Positions 20,994-30,854 of a DNA stretch of 64,000 bases are shown piece after piece. A program made the position numbers and the translations under genes. Below the pieces are notes generated by a model. It saw only the letters and a program-made list of their open reading frames with translations, was not told the DNA's origin and ran no database searches. Source of the DNA: Gemmatimonas sp. (GTDB lineage Bacteria > Gemmatimonadota > Gemmatimonadetes > Gemmatimonadales > Gemmatimonadaceae). Numbering within the stretch: position 1 is the first letter of the stretch; each line of letters begins with the position of its first letter. Location of the stretch: the NCBI GenBank assembly GCA_031414535.1, contig JANNVQ010000014.1, positions 192,001-256,000 of the forward strand. Reading direction: 5' to 3'.

Positions 20994-22099
20994 TCGCGCG
21001 GCCACTCCGGCCGTTTCGCCAACCAACTTCCCGTGGCCTCGCCAAGCATCGCGTATCCGTCCGCGTTTGGGTGCTTGTTGTACGGCAGGAAGAGTTCAGC
21101 GCCAAGGCCGCGCGATTCCCACAATGCGTGAGCATCGAGGTATGGGATGCCCAAGCTGTCGAGCATGGCGCGCGCAAGCCGCGGGTAGGGGTGACGGCTC
21201 AGGTCGGTGCCGCGCACAATCACTTCGACAGGCATGATGACGACGTAGAGTGCAAAGCCACGCTCCGCAGCCAACTCTTGGAGCTCGGCGTAGAACTTCG
21301 GGATGCGGGCGAATCCTGCCGTATCAACCACGCCGGATTCAAGCAGACCCTCCACGCGATCGTATTCCATCTCGCCTGCACGCGCTCCGCTGACGGCCGC
21401 GCGCATCGTAGCTGCGGCGCGGCGAGCGACGAACAGTAAAGCTGATCGCCGCGCCACTCTCGACGCGATGCCCACTTTGTCCATCGCAGTCTCTGCGTCA
21501 TCCCACACGAAAAGGCCATTATCCGTCAGCACGCGCAGCGCGGGCTTCTGGATGGAATCGTTGACCAGATAGTCATTCCAGTAGAGGCCGTGGACGACAA
21601 CATCTGCGTGGACCTCGCGCAGCGTCTCTTGGAGCAGGTCGAGTTCCTGATTGATCTGATAGCTGATGACTCCGGCGTTAACCACGCGAACCGCAGCGCC
21701 GCGCGCACGCAGGGCCTGCTCGAGCCTCGCCGGGAACGTGGCGCTGTCATCCACACCCATGCCGAACGTAAAGCTGTCGCCTAACGCGATGACGGTTGCC
21801 GTCTCGGTGGTGTCTGAGGGGCCTGCCGAGTGCTGCCGCAGGCCATCGAGACCGACCGTGACTGAGCCCCCGAACGAGTACGCGCGTTGGTTGGGGCGTG
21901 GGGTGAAGAGGCGCGAGGGATGCGAGTCGTAGCGCAGCTGCGGAGCGGGGCGCTCGAGCGGTAGAGTAACGAGCCGACGGGCAAGAACCTCCGCGACTGC
22001 CACCAAGCTGGCGAGGACGAGCCCAACCAGAAGGACGGCGACGACCCGGATTTTCCGGGCAGCTGAGGGAGGCGCGGCGCTGGTATTCTCGAGGCTCAT
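20990..22099 (-). CDS. Membrane-anchored SGNH/GDSL hydrolase
   Basis: TM segment, LGDSFTFGMGV, NAGV, YWND, HPN. Confidence 0.85.
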   Translation of the reverse strand: MSLENTSAAPPSAARKIRVVAVLLVGLVLASLVAVAEVLARRLVTLPLERPAPQLRYDSHPSRLFTPRPNQRAYSFGGSVTVGLDGLRQHSAGPSDTTETATVIALGDSFTFGMGVDDSATFPARLEQALRARGAAVRVVNAGVISYQINQELDLLQETLREVHADVVVHGLYWNDYLVNDSIQKPALRVLTDNGLFVWDDAETAMDKVGIASRVARRSALLFVARRAAATMRAAVSGARAGEMEYDRVEGLLESGVVDTAGFARIPKFYAELQELAAERGFALYVVIMPVEVIVRGTDLSRHPYPRLARAMLDSLGIPYLDAHALWESRGLGAELFLPYNKHPNADGYAMLGEATGSWLAKRPEWPRE

Positions 22100-22321
22100 T
22101 TGGCTTAGAGAGGAAACAGCCCGCCGAGCCTATGCGCAAGTGTCTTTCGGGGCGTTGCGCTCGCGCAACGCTATCGTACCGAATCCCTACTGGTACGCCT
22201 TCACCTCCACAGCTAAGTTCCTCTGTAGAAACAAGTTCGGGATTCGAAAGGGATTCCCCGCCTTCTGCGCGATTCTTGCGTAAGAGTGCTTGTTTCCTTC
22301 CCGCCCCCCGGAATCCCGCCA

Positions 22322-24160
22322 TTGACGCGTCCCACCGGAAAGTACGTCCTCGGCCTCTCGGCCTACTACCACGACAGCGCCGCCTGCATTGTGCGGGACG
22401 GCGAGATTATCGCCGCAGCGTCTGAAGAGCGCTTCACCCGCAAGAAGGCGGATGAGCGCTTTCCCGAGCACGCCGTTGATTACTGCTTGAAGGAAGCAGG
22501 AATCAGCATCGACCAGCTCGACGCCGTGGGTTTCTATGACAAGCCCCTGCTCAAGTTCGAGCGCATCCTCGAGACCTATCTCGGCGTCGCGCCCAAGGGA
22601 TTCCGTTCGTTCCTGATGGCCGGCCCGCTCTGGATCAAGGAGAAGCTCTACACCGACCGAGAGCTGCGCGCCGCCCTCGGTGGTTACCAGGGCCACCTCT
22701 ACTACTCCGAGCACCACGAGTCGCACGCCGCCAGCGCCTTCTTCCCGTCGCCGTTTGAAGAAGCCGCCATCCTTACCATGGACGGCGTAGGCGAGTGGGC
22801 GACGGCGTCCATCGGCATCGGACGCGGGGCAGACATCGAAATCCATGAGGAATTGCACTGGCCCGATTCGCTGGGCCTCCTCTACTCCGCGTTCACGTAC
22901 TACACCGGCTTCAAGGTGAACTCCGGTGAGTACAAGGTGATGGGCCTCGCCCCATACGGCCAGCCGAAGTACGTAGACCTCATCTTGAAGCACGTGATGG
23001 ACCTTCGCGAAGACGGGTCCTTCCGCTTCAACCAGAAGTACTTCAATTATCTCAACGGGCTCACCATGACGAGCCCGGCGTTCCATGAGCTGTTCGGTGG
23101 CCCGCCGCGCGAGCCCGAATCTCAGCTGACCCAGCGCGAGATGGACCTCGCCCGCTCGGTGCAGGACGTCTGCGAGCTGGTGATGATGAAGATGGCCACG
23201 CACGCCAAGAAGGTGACCGGCCTCGACAACCTCTGCCTCGCCGGCGGCGTCGCGCTCAATTGCGTGGGCAACGGCAAGTTGCTGCGCGACGGACCGTTTA
23301 AGAACATCTGGATTCAGCCTGCCTCCGGCGACGCCGGCGGCGCGCTTGGCGTGGCTCAGCTCATCGCGCACCGCGAGCTCAAGGTGCCACGTCGCGTCAC
23401 GCCTGGCACCGATGGCATGAAGGGCTCCTACCTCGGACCGTCCTACTCGGACGCCGAGATCCAAGCCTTCCTGGATTCGAAGAATATCCCGTACGAACAG
23501 GTGGCCGAGTCGGAACTGGCCGCCACGGTCGCCAAGGAACTCGCCGACCAGAAGATCATCGGATGGCTCCACGGCCGCATGGAATTTGGACCGCGCTCGC
23601 TCGGTGCCCGCAGCATCCTCGGCGATCCGCGCAGCCAGTCCATGCAGGCCGACATGAATCTCAAGATCAAGTTCCGCGAAAGCTTCCGCCCCTTCGCACC
23701 GAGCGTGCTGCGCGAGCGGGTGAGCGACTACTTCGAGTTGGATGGCGATTCACCGTACATGTTGCTCGTGGCACCGGTGAAGAAGGAGCGCCAGATCCCG
23801 ATGACCGACGACCAGGGCAAGCTCTTCGGCATCGACCTGCTCAACCAGCAGCGCTCCGACATCCCCGCCATCACGCACGTCGACTACTCCGCGCGCGTGC
23901 AGACCGTGCGGAAGGACGTCAACCCGATGTACCACGCGCTGCTCAGCGAGTTTGAGCGGCTCACCGGCTGCGCGGTTCTCGTGAACACCTCGTTCAACGT
24001 GCGTGGCGAACCGATCGTCATGACGCCCGAAGACGCCTACCGCTGCTTCATGCGCACGCACATCGACGTGCTGGTGCTGGGCAACCACGTTTTGCGCAAG
24101 CAAGCACAACCCAAATGGCAGGAGACCGAGCAATGGCAGGAAGAGTTTCAGCTCGACTGA
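22322..24160 (+). CDS. O-carbamoyltransferase (NodU/CmcH/SxtI family)
   Basis: YHDSAA, EERFTRKK, HHESHAASAF, EYKVMGLAPYG, GGVALNC, EFGPRSLG, KFRESFRPFAP, NTSFN. Start approximate (TTG). Confidence 0.95.
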   Translation: MTRPTGKYVLGLSAYYHDSAACIVRDGEIIAAASEERFTRKKADERFPEHAVDYCLKEAGISIDQLDAVGFYDKPLLKFERILETYLGVAPKGFRSFLMAGPLWIKEKLYTDRELRAALGGYQGHLYYSEHHESHAASAFFPSPFEEAAILTMDGVGEWATASIGIGRGADIEIHEELHWPDSLGLLYSAFTYYTGFKVNSGEYKVMGLAPYGQPKYVDLILKHVMDLREDGSFRFNQKYFNYLNGLTMTSPAFHELFGGPPREPESQLTQREMDLARSVQDVCELVMMKMATHAKKVTGLDNLCLAGGVALNCVGNGKLLRDGPFKNIWIQPASGDAGGALGVAQLIAHRELKVPRRVTPGTDGMKGSYLGPSYSDAEIQAFLDSKNIPYEQVAESELAATVAKELADQKIIGWLHGRMEFGPRSLGARSILGDPRSQSMQADMNLKIKFRESFRPFAPSVLRERVSDYFELDGDSPYMLLVAPVKKERQIPMTDDQGKLFGIDLLNQQRSDIPAITHVDYSARVQTVRKDVNPMYHALLSEFERLTGCAVLVNTSFNVRGEPIVMTPEDAYRCFMRTHIDVLVLGNHVLRKQAQPKWQETEQWQEEFQLD

Positions 24161-24555
24161 CCCCCGCCGAGGGCCGGAAGTTCGGCTTTACGGTCGGAAT
24201 CGCGTTCGGCGTCCTCGCCGCGGTCCTCTATTTCTGGCGGCACGCGACCACCGCGTCGGCGGTACTGGGCAGCCTCAGCGGATTCCTGCTCGTGGGCGGC
24301 CTCGTGGCACCGGTGCAACTCACGCCCATCGAACGGGCGTGGATGAAGCTGGCCCACATCATCTCCAAGGTCACCACTCCAATCTTCATGGCCGTGGTGT
24401 ACTTCGTGGTCATCGCGCCGGTCGGAATCGCTCGGCGCCTAATGGGCAAGAATGCGCTGGTACGCGTTGCCGGCGAGCCGCCTCAGACGCCTGCTGGCTA
24501 CTGGGTGCAGCGGCCCGTGGGCAAGCGTCAGGGCGACCTCTCGCGTCAGTTCTAA
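24133..24555 (+). CDS. SxtJ-family membrane protein
   Basis: RKFG, WMKLA..I.KV, C-terminal RQF; overlaps the carbamoyltransferase end. Confidence 0.85.
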   Translation: MAGRVSARLTPAEGRKFGFTVGIAFGVLAAVLYFWRHATTASAVLGSLSGFLLVGGLVAPVQLTPIERAWMKLAHIISKVTTPIFMAVVYFVVIAPVGIARRLMGKNALVRVAGEPPQTPAGYWVQRPVGKRQGDLSRQF

Positions 24556-24579
24556 CTTCTTTCAGTTCCGAGTCCCTAC

Positions 24580-24741
24580 GTGAGCAAGCCAACTAGCCTG
24601 ACCCAAGAAGTGTGGGCCTTTCTCAAGGCCCGCAAGAAGTTCTGGATGCTGCCCATCATCCTCGTGATGGTGCTCATTGGCGCCCTGCTGGTCTTTGCCC
24701 AGGGATCGGCGCTGGCCCCGTTCATCTATACCATCTTCTAG
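24580..24741 (+). CDS. Small membrane protein, SxtK/DUF5989-like (53 aa, below the ORF-track cutoff)
   Basis: Manual translation MSKPTSLTQEVWAFLKARKKFWMLPIILVMVLIGALLVFAQGSALAPFIYTIF. Confidence 0.85.
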   Translation: MSKPTSLTQEVWAFLKARKKFWMLPIILVMVLIGALLVFAQGSALAPFIYTIF

Positions 24742-24785
24742 GGCCAGGTCGCACCGGTTGTGGGCCGGAAGAGCTCCTCTCTCCT

Positions 24786-25499
24786 TCAGGCGCTCTTTCT
24801 GGCCGCAACGACATATTGCGCCCCCATCGGTAACCAAGCCAATACACGGTCGATGGGACGCAGGAAGGGTATTCCGGGCGGCATGAACATCAGGTAGTCG
24901 GTGTGGAGATCGTAGCGCGCGACGTCGATGAGGCCGTGCCGCACCTCGCGCGCATCTAGCAGGACGGCATTCTCGTCAATCGGCGTACGCGCGATCACAA
25001 AGCGCACCAGCGGGTTGCGCGGGTTGTGCTCGAACACGTAAATGCGGCCGCCGGGCTTCAAGACGCGGCCAAGCTCACGGTACACAGCTGCACGCTCAAC
25101 AACGGGCACGTGGTGGAGCACCGCACTGATCGTGATGACATCAAACTGTTGATTGTCGAATGGCGTCTGCGCGCCGTCCTGCGCGGCGAGCCCCGGGGCC
25201 TTGCCAAGCGAAGCGGGCCATCGCTTGCCGGCTTCGGCCAACATCCCGAGCGACACGTCGCAGCCGGTGAACGAAGCGCGCGCGCCAAGGCCTACCAGCA
25301 CGCGCATCATGTCGCCGGCACCGCAGCCGTAGTCCAAGACCGCCAATCCGTTTCCACGCAGGTCCGGTTCGCGCCGCAACAACCAGCGCGCCTTCACAGC
25401 AATGAACTGGTCGGCTGAACTCCCCATCAAGCGCTTGACCGGGTTGTCGAGGCCGCCGTCGTAGTCTGCGGCGTGGCGGTCAAACTCCGCTTCGTGCAT
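24786..25499 (-). CDS. Class I SAM-dependent methyltransferase
   Basis: VLDYGCGAG, VLHHV, LKPGG, FEHNP; ATG at 25499 with AAGGGGG RBS. Confidence 0.88.
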   Translation of the reverse strand: MHEAEFDRHAADYDGGLDNPVKRLMGSSADQFIAVKARWLLRREPDLRGNGLAVLDYGCGAGDMMRVLVGLGARASFTGCDVSLGMLAEAGKRWPASLGKAPGLAAQDGAQTPFDNQQFDVITISAVLHHVPVVERAAVYRELGRVLKPGGRIYVFEHNPRNPLVRFVIARTPIDENAVLLDAREVRHGLIDVARYDLHTDYLMFMPPGIPFLRPIDRVLAWLPMGAQYVVAARKSA

Positions 25500-25699
25500 G
25501 TGGCCCCCTTGCATGTGTTGGCGAACGTTCGCAACAGCGGTGAAGATGCCGCGTTGCATCAGGCTGCGCATCGCCCACTCGATGACGACCCGGGCTAATC
25601 GTCGTGGGCGCAATGGCCTAGGCTCGTTGCGGATACTTTGCGTGCGCAACCTAATTTGTCGAGTCATCAGCAGAGCGAATTCTTCTCACCCGCTTAACA

Positions 25700-26728
25700 G
25701 TGATTGGGGAACATCCTGTGGCCGAGCCGAATGTGACCCAGGCGGTGCCGCGTGTAGCACGCGAGCCTTCGGATCGCACAAGACAGACAGTGACAATTTC
25801 GGTCGTCGTGCCCTGCTTCAATGAGCAGGAGGTCCTCCACGAGACGCATCGTCAGCTCAGTGCCGCGCTCGAGTCGCTGGACCGTTGCAACTGCGAGATC
25901 ATCTTCGTGGATGATGGAAGCAGGGACGCAACGCCGGTCATACTTCGATCGCTCGCAGCCGCGGACCCTCGCGTCAAGGCAGTGTTTCTGTCGCGGAACT
26001 TCGGTCATCAGATCGCTGTAACGGCCGGCATCGACTTCGCGGCTGGTGATGTTGTTGTGCTCATTGATGCGGACCTCCAGGACCCGCCGGCCGTCATCGC
26101 GGAAATGCTCGATGCGTGGCGGGCCGGCGCGGACGTCGCGTACGGACAGCGGCGGACACGGTCTGGAGAGTCGACATTCAAGCTCGCCACCGCGAAGCTA
26201 TTTTATCGCCTCCTCGACCGCCTGAGCGAAGTTCGGATTCCAATGGATACCGGGGACTTCCGATTGATGGACCGGCAAGTCGTCGAGGCGCTCCGCAAGA
26301 TGCCCGAGCGGCACCGTTTCATACGCGGGATGGTCGCGTGGGTTGGCTTCAGTCAGGTCCCCATCCCCTACGACCGCGAGAGCCGCTTCGCGGGCACGAC
26401 CAAGTACCCCTTCGCGCGCATGCTGCGTTTCGCAGTGGATGGCCTCACAGCCTTCTCCGTGGTCCCGCTGCGTTTGGCCACGTGGTTTGGTTTCTCAGCA
26501 GCGTGCATCGCGCTGGTGGGCATCCTGTATGCGCTGGTGTCCAGACTGCTCACGGACCAATGGGTGCCCGGCTGGGCCGCGACCTTCATTGCCATCCTGT
26601 TCATGGCAGGCGCGCAATTGCTCTGCATCGGAGTAATCGGTGAGTATCTCGGCCGCCTCGTCACCGAGGCAAAGGGACGTCCGCTATACCTCGTCTCCCA
26701 AGTGGCTGGGCGCACGCGTGAACGCTGA
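25700..26728 (+). CDS. GT2 polyprenyl-phosphate glycosyltransferase (GtrB/ArnC-like)
   Basis: VVPCFNE, VDDGSRD, SRNFGHQ, DADLQDPP, two C-terminal TMs, IGEYLGR...RPLY. Confidence 0.93.
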   Translation: MIGEHPVAEPNVTQAVPRVAREPSDRTRQTVTISVVVPCFNEQEVLHETHRQLSAALESLDRCNCEIIFVDDGSRDATPVILRSLAAADPRVKAVFLSRNFGHQIAVTAGIDFAAGDVVVLIDADLQDPPAVIAEMLDAWRAGADVAYGQRRTRSGESTFKLATAKLFYRLLDRLSEVRIPMDTGDFRLMDRQVVEALRKMPERHRFIRGMVAWVGFSQVPIPYDRESRFAGTTKYPFARMLRFAVDGLTAFSVVPLRLATWFGFSAACIALVGILYALVSRLLTDQWVPGWAATFIAILFMAGAQLLCIGVIGEYLGRLVTEAKGRPLYLVSQVAGRTRER

Positions 26729-28478
26729 TCGCGATGCACCAGACATTTGGGTACTGCTGGTCATCGGCGTCCTCGCCGCCGGCGCGGGATGGTTCGCCGC
26801 GTCCGGGCACTCCGCGACGTTCGACGAGACATCTCATCTCGCCGCTGGGATGGAGTGGCTAGCCTCAGGAGAATTCCGCTACGAGGCGAAGCATCCGCCA
26901 CTCGGAAGGGCTACCGGAGCGCTAGGCCCCTGGATCCTCGGCGTTCGGCCTGCTGGGGAGCCGACCATCGCACGCGAGGGATGGCAACTGCTACACCAGA
27001 CAGGCGATCCAGTACGCGTCCTGTCGGTAGCGCGTGCGGGGATGGCGGTTTGGCTCGCGGCAATCGTAACGCTCGTGGGCTGGTGGGCGTGGACCCTTGG
27101 CGGGCGTGTGGCTGGCATCGCGGCAGCAGGGTTCGCCGCGACGTCTCCGTTACTCTTGGGCCATGGCGTGCTGGTGACGACCGACGCCGCCGGCACACTG
27201 GGATTGCTTCTCTCGTGCTTCCTCGCGGACCGTGCGGCGCGGGCGCCGACTCCGAAGTCGATGGCGCTTGCGGGCGTCGGCGGCGCCATCGCGCTTACCA
27301 CCAAAATGTCGGCCATTCTCCTGATGCCGGTGGGGATGGCAGTCGTTCTCCTGCTTGCGCTTGCCGATCGGCCCTCTGGCGAACGCGTCGCGCACTTCAA
27401 GCGCGGCCTGGCACTCTTGCCCATCTCGCTCCTCTCGATGGCGGGTGTGATTCTCGTCATCTATCGCTTCCGGTTCGGCTCCTTAGCCGATCCGGCATTT
27501 GCGCCGTATGAATCGATCGAATCGCGATTCGGCAGCGGGACTGCCCTGAGTGCGTGGCTCTCGTCATTGGTCTCGACCCCGTGGATACCTGCCTACGAGT
27601 TCTTCCTCGGTGTGCTCGAGGCGCTCAGGCACGGCGGTGGCGGACATCGCTCGTTCTTCCTCGGCGAGGTTGGAGAAAACGGCTGGCCGCACTTCTTTCC
27701 CGTCGTCCTCGCGGCGAAGAGCCCACTGCTGGTGCTGGCCTGCGCTGCCATCGCCGTCGCGCTTCGCCCGACCGTGCGGCAAGGCGTGGGACGCTGGCAA
27801 ACGTTCATCGTGCTCGGACTTGCCGCGGCGTGGCTTGCGGTCATGATTCCGCAAAGGGTCAACATCGGAAGCAGGCACGTGCTGGTGTTGTCCGCAACAC
27901 TTGCGATGCTCGCCGGCCTCGGCGCCGCTGCGCTCGCAGCGCGGCTACGCGACCGAACGCGGATGGGATTCATCGCCGGCGTCACCGCAGCGCAGCTGTC
28001 TTGCGTCGCGTTGGGCGCGCCCGACTTCGTCGGGTGGTTTAACGGGCTGGTGCGACATCCGGAGGACGTCGCGGTATTCAGTGACCTCGCGTGGGGCCAA
28101 GACTTCCGACGGCTGACGGACACCCTCAAGGGCCGGGGGGCTAGCAGCGTGGCGCTCGCCACGGGAATGAACGTGCCAGCCGAATGGCTCGCACGAGAAG
28201 GAATGCCGTCGCCACGGCACCTATCGCCGATGCGCCCTGATACGGGGTGGATTGCCGCCGACTGGTTTGCACTGCGAATCGGGTCCAACGCTGACCGTCG
28301 ACCCGGTCCCGCGGCATTTGCCTGGCTCCTCGCTCAACAACCCGTGGCCAGAATCGGACGTTCGATGTTGTTGTATCGCGTCGAGTCGCGCGTCGACATG
28401 CCGACGTCTTCGCCACCTCAAGACTTCATCACACCAGACAGCGCGGTCGTCTACTACATGCGGCGGCGCGCATGGTGA
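26718..28478 (+). CDS. GT-C fold membrane glycosyltransferase (ArnT/PMT-like)
   Basis: TFDE..H, HPPLG, LVTTD, multiple TMs, SDLAWGQD; adjacent to a GtrB-like gene. Confidence 0.78.
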   Translation: MNADRDAPDIWVLLVIGVLAAGAGWFAASGHSATFDETSHLAAGMEWLASGEFRYEAKHPPLGRATGALGPWILGVRPAGEPTIAREGWQLLHQTGDPVRVLSVARAGMAVWLAAIVTLVGWWAWTLGGRVAGIAAAGFAATSPLLLGHGVLVTTDAAGTLGLLLSCFLADRAARAPTPKSMALAGVGGAIALTTKMSAILLMPVGMAVVLLLALADRPSGERVAHFKRGLALLPISLLSMAGVILVIYRFRFGSLADPAFAPYESIESRFGSGTALSAWLSSLVSTPWIPAYEFFLGVLEALRHGGGGHRSFFLGEVGENGWPHFFPVVLAAKSPLLVLACAAIAVALRPTVRQGVGRWQTFIVLGLAAAWLAVMIPQRVNIGSRHVLVLSATLAMLAGLGAAALAARLRDRTRMGFIAGVTAAQLSCVALGAPDFVGWFNGLVRHPEDVAVFSDLAWGQDFRRLTDTLKGRGASSVALATGMNVPAEWLAREGMPSPRHLSPMRPDTGWIAADWFALRIGSNADRRPGPAAFAWLLAQQPVARIGRSMLLYRVESRVDMPTSSPPQDFITPDSAVVYYMRRRAW

Positions 28479-28496
28479 GCGTCCACCACAACCCCC

Positions 28497-29453
28497 TCAG
28501 GAGCGGAGGAGTCGCGCGAGGCGAGCGCGCCACTGCTGTCTCACGGTGTCGCGCGCCCAGCGCCACTGCATGCCTCGCCACTCACTCGCGCTGATTGGGG
28601 CTTCGGGGCGCTGCGTGCGCAGATGATCGAGCAGCGTGCTCACGGGCACGAACCACCCGGCACGCTTCGCCAGAGCCCGTAGCCGCTCCTCGACGCGCGG
28701 GTCCAACACGCCGGCGGGGGCGAATCGCTTGCCGATGTGCGTCGCCACGATGCAAGCGCCGCCACGGCGCTCGAGGCGATCCAGATTCGCGTCGCTCAAA
28801 AGCGTCACGAACGCGTCCACATCCTCGGCGTCCGAAGCCGAGAACCACCAGCGTGCCAAGGGCCGCTGCGGGTCGGCATAGGGCATCGAGGGATTCACGG
28901 CGAGCGTATCAATCTCCGTGAAGGTGAGATTCCGCGCGTACGTCACAGCCTCCTGCGCCACGTCGCCCCACCAATAGGGAGAACCCTCGCGATGCCCGGA
29001 GTAGAAATCCTCCGGCACACCCGTAAACGGCAGGAAGAGTCGGCGAAGAATGGCGTCGTCGAGTCGGTCTACGCCCCAGTACAGATTCTCTCGATTGTAC
29101 GCGTGGTTGGCATGAACGCGTGGCGGATAACCGACAATCTCACGGAAGCGCTCAAAGCCCTCGAGCGTGCGCTCGCGCAGACTCGACTCCATGGTAGCCG
29201 CGTGCCACGACAGCTCGAAGCCCCGGTCGCGAAGGCTCAGCACGTAGGCCCTGTACGCTGGGTCCTCCAGCGTCTCAGACTCGTGGTAGGCCACGCTGCC
29301 CTCGGGGCACGCGAGCGGCCACACGGTCTTGGTCGTCCGCATGCCGAGCTCCGCGAGCAACTCATACACGGGCCGTATGTTCTGCAGCGTCGCGACGTCG
29401 GTGTCGTCGATAATCGTGAAGGCGAACCGTCGCCCGTCTGGAAAGCGAGGCAT
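28497..29453 (-). CDS. Polysaccharide deacetylase-like protein
   Basis: FAFTIIDDTD, GFELSWH, HANHA, ATH motifs of a NodB-like barrel. Confidence 0.6.
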   Translation of the reverse strand: MPRFPDGRRFAFTIIDDTDVATLQNIRPVYELLAELGMRTTKTVWPLACPEGSVAYHESETLEDPAYRAYVLSLRDRGFELSWHAATMESSLRERTLEGFERFREIVGYPPRVHANHAYNRENLYWGVDRLDDAILRRLFLPFTGVPEDFYSGHREGSPYWWGDVAQEAVTYARNLTFTEIDTLAVNPSMPYADPQRPLARWWFSASDAEDVDAFVTLLSDANLDRLERRGGACIVATHIGKRFAPAGVLDPRVEERLRALAKRAGWFVPVSTLLDHLRTQRPEAPISASEWRGMQWRWARDTVRQQWRARLARLLRS

Positions 29454-29457
29454 GGCC

Positions 29458-30627
29458 TTAGAACGATTGGTCGGCATCACCGTCGCCGCGGGCGTGCCAC
29501 CACGCCTCGAAGCTCGGCGCCGGATCGCTCATCACTGACGGATGCACGATGAGATGCAGATTCCCGCCAATCTCCAAGTAGCCAAGCCGAGCGAGCAGCC
29601 GACGCGTCGGCGCATGCGGTGTGCTCGCAATCATCGCCTCGGCCAAACGCGTCTGCCGCAGATGCGCTTCCGCCGCGGCGAGCAAGCTTGCCGCGACTTC
29701 AAGACGGTTAGGCGGAAACAACAGATCAACGACGGGGCTCACGCGCAGGCCACCCAAACGCGGATCTCCCTCAGCGCTCGGTCGCTTGAGCACCACCCAG
29801 CCCACGAGCGCGCCAGCTTCGCGACCCTCAATCATGATGTAGCGCTCGGCCGCCACCGCGAAGCGCCAGCGCAAACGCTTGCCATCGCGCACGACGCTCG
29901 CCGCAATCTTCGCGGCACAACGCGCCCAGAGCGCATCGGCTTCGTCAAATCCATTCCAGCACGCGATGTCTGGCACGACCTGCGTCGTCACGCCGCGCGC
30001 GCGCGCGGCAGTGGCCGCCCAAAGTCGAAGCGCCCCACCGCCGAGCCAAGCGCCAAGCGTGGCCGCGCCCGTCCGCTTGGCCAAGGCGAAGTACCGTCCC
30101 GTGCGCGACGACAATCCGATGCGGGCCGGGTCAAGCCGGCGCGCCAGCGCCACCGCGTCGAGGAGGCGCAGTTGGTTGGGCACGGTGCCCACATGTCGCC
30201 AACCGAGCGCGGTGAAGATGCGCAGCGGGGCGTCGAGCACCGTGGTGCACATGGAGTTCGGCGCGACCTTCACCATCTCCTTGGCGACCATCACGCCGAG
30301 CGGACCGTTGCGATGTTCGGGAAGCACATGGAAACCCGCCGTCCACGCCACAGGCTGCGCCGCGCCCGCCATGGACAAGCGCTCCGGGATGCTCGTGAAG
30401 TGCGCGACGGGTTCGCCATCGAGCAATGCGAGAATTGTCGGGATGCGTCCATTCACCGCGCCAGGATTCACGCGAGCGATTGCAGCGCGGGACGCCTCGA
30501 CGCCTTCGGCGGTTGCGGCGGGATCCCAGACTTGCCGAATGAACGCGGCAAGAGCGGGTGCACGATCCGCGGTGTACTCCGCAATCTCGAGCGCCCTGCG
30601 CACCGGAGCGCCGTTCGGTCCGCTCAC
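29458..30627 (-). CDS. GNAT-fold acyltransferase
   Basis: FHVLPEHRNG acyl-CoA-binding-like motif; tandem GNAT-like length; coupled to the ACP gene. Confidence 0.6.
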   Translation of the reverse strand: MSGPNGAPVRRALEIAEYTADRAPALAAFIRQVWDPAATAEGVEASRAAIARVNPGAVNGRIPTILALLDGEPVAHFTSIPERLSMAGAAQPVAWTAGFHVLPEHRNGPLGVMVAKEMVKVAPNSMCTTVLDAPLRIFTALGWRHVGTVPNQLRLLDAVALARRLDPARIGLSSRTGRYFALAKRTGAATLGAWLGGGALRLWAATAARARGVTTQVVPDIACWNGFDEADALWARCAAKIAASVVRDGKRLRWRFAVAAERYIMIEGREAGALVGWVVLKRPSAEGDPRLGGLRVSPVVDLLFPPNRLEVAASLLAAAEAHLRQTRLAEAMIASTPHAPTRRLLARLGYLEIGGNLHLIVHPSVMSDPAPSFEAWWHARGDGDADQSF

Positions 30628-30854
30628 CAGCTCACGCCGTACGTCGTCAAGAGTTGCTTGACCGCGCCAACACTCTTGACGTCGAGCGCATCGGCTGGCG
30701 CGACGCTGATGCCGTATTCGCGCTCCAATTCGACAATCATCATCATGTGCGCCAGCGAATCCCAGGTCGCAATGGAGTCCGGCGACGAATCATCGCGCAG
30801 ATCCTGCGCTGGCACGTTGAACACACGGGCAAGAACCTGCTCGGGAGCGGTCAT
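30624..30854 (-). CDS. Acyl carrier protein
   Basis: WDSLAHM phosphopantetheine site; 76 aa; ATG overlaps the FkbH stop. Confidence 0.9.
   Translation of the reverse strand: MTAPEQVLARVFNVPAQDLRDDSSPDSIATWDSLAHMMMIVELEREYGISVAPADALDVKSVGAVKQLLTTYGVSW

Noticed and set aside
22187..23572. Long antisense ORFs (also 7814..9025, 10482..11780, 13974..15092, 29542..31005)
   Set aside because: Shadow frames opposite well-supported genes, expected at high GC; no recognisable motifs.
22322..24741. Saxitoxin biosynthesis
   Set aside because: Only sxtI/J/K-like genes are present; no sxtA, sxtG or other core genes. This trio is also found in surface-polysaccharide loci.
25516..25536. Fifth copy of the enhancer box (TGTTGGCGAACGTTCGCAACA)
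   Set aside because: Spacing is TGT-N15-ACA rather than N12 and I found no matching -24/-12 element; it may be a different operator.
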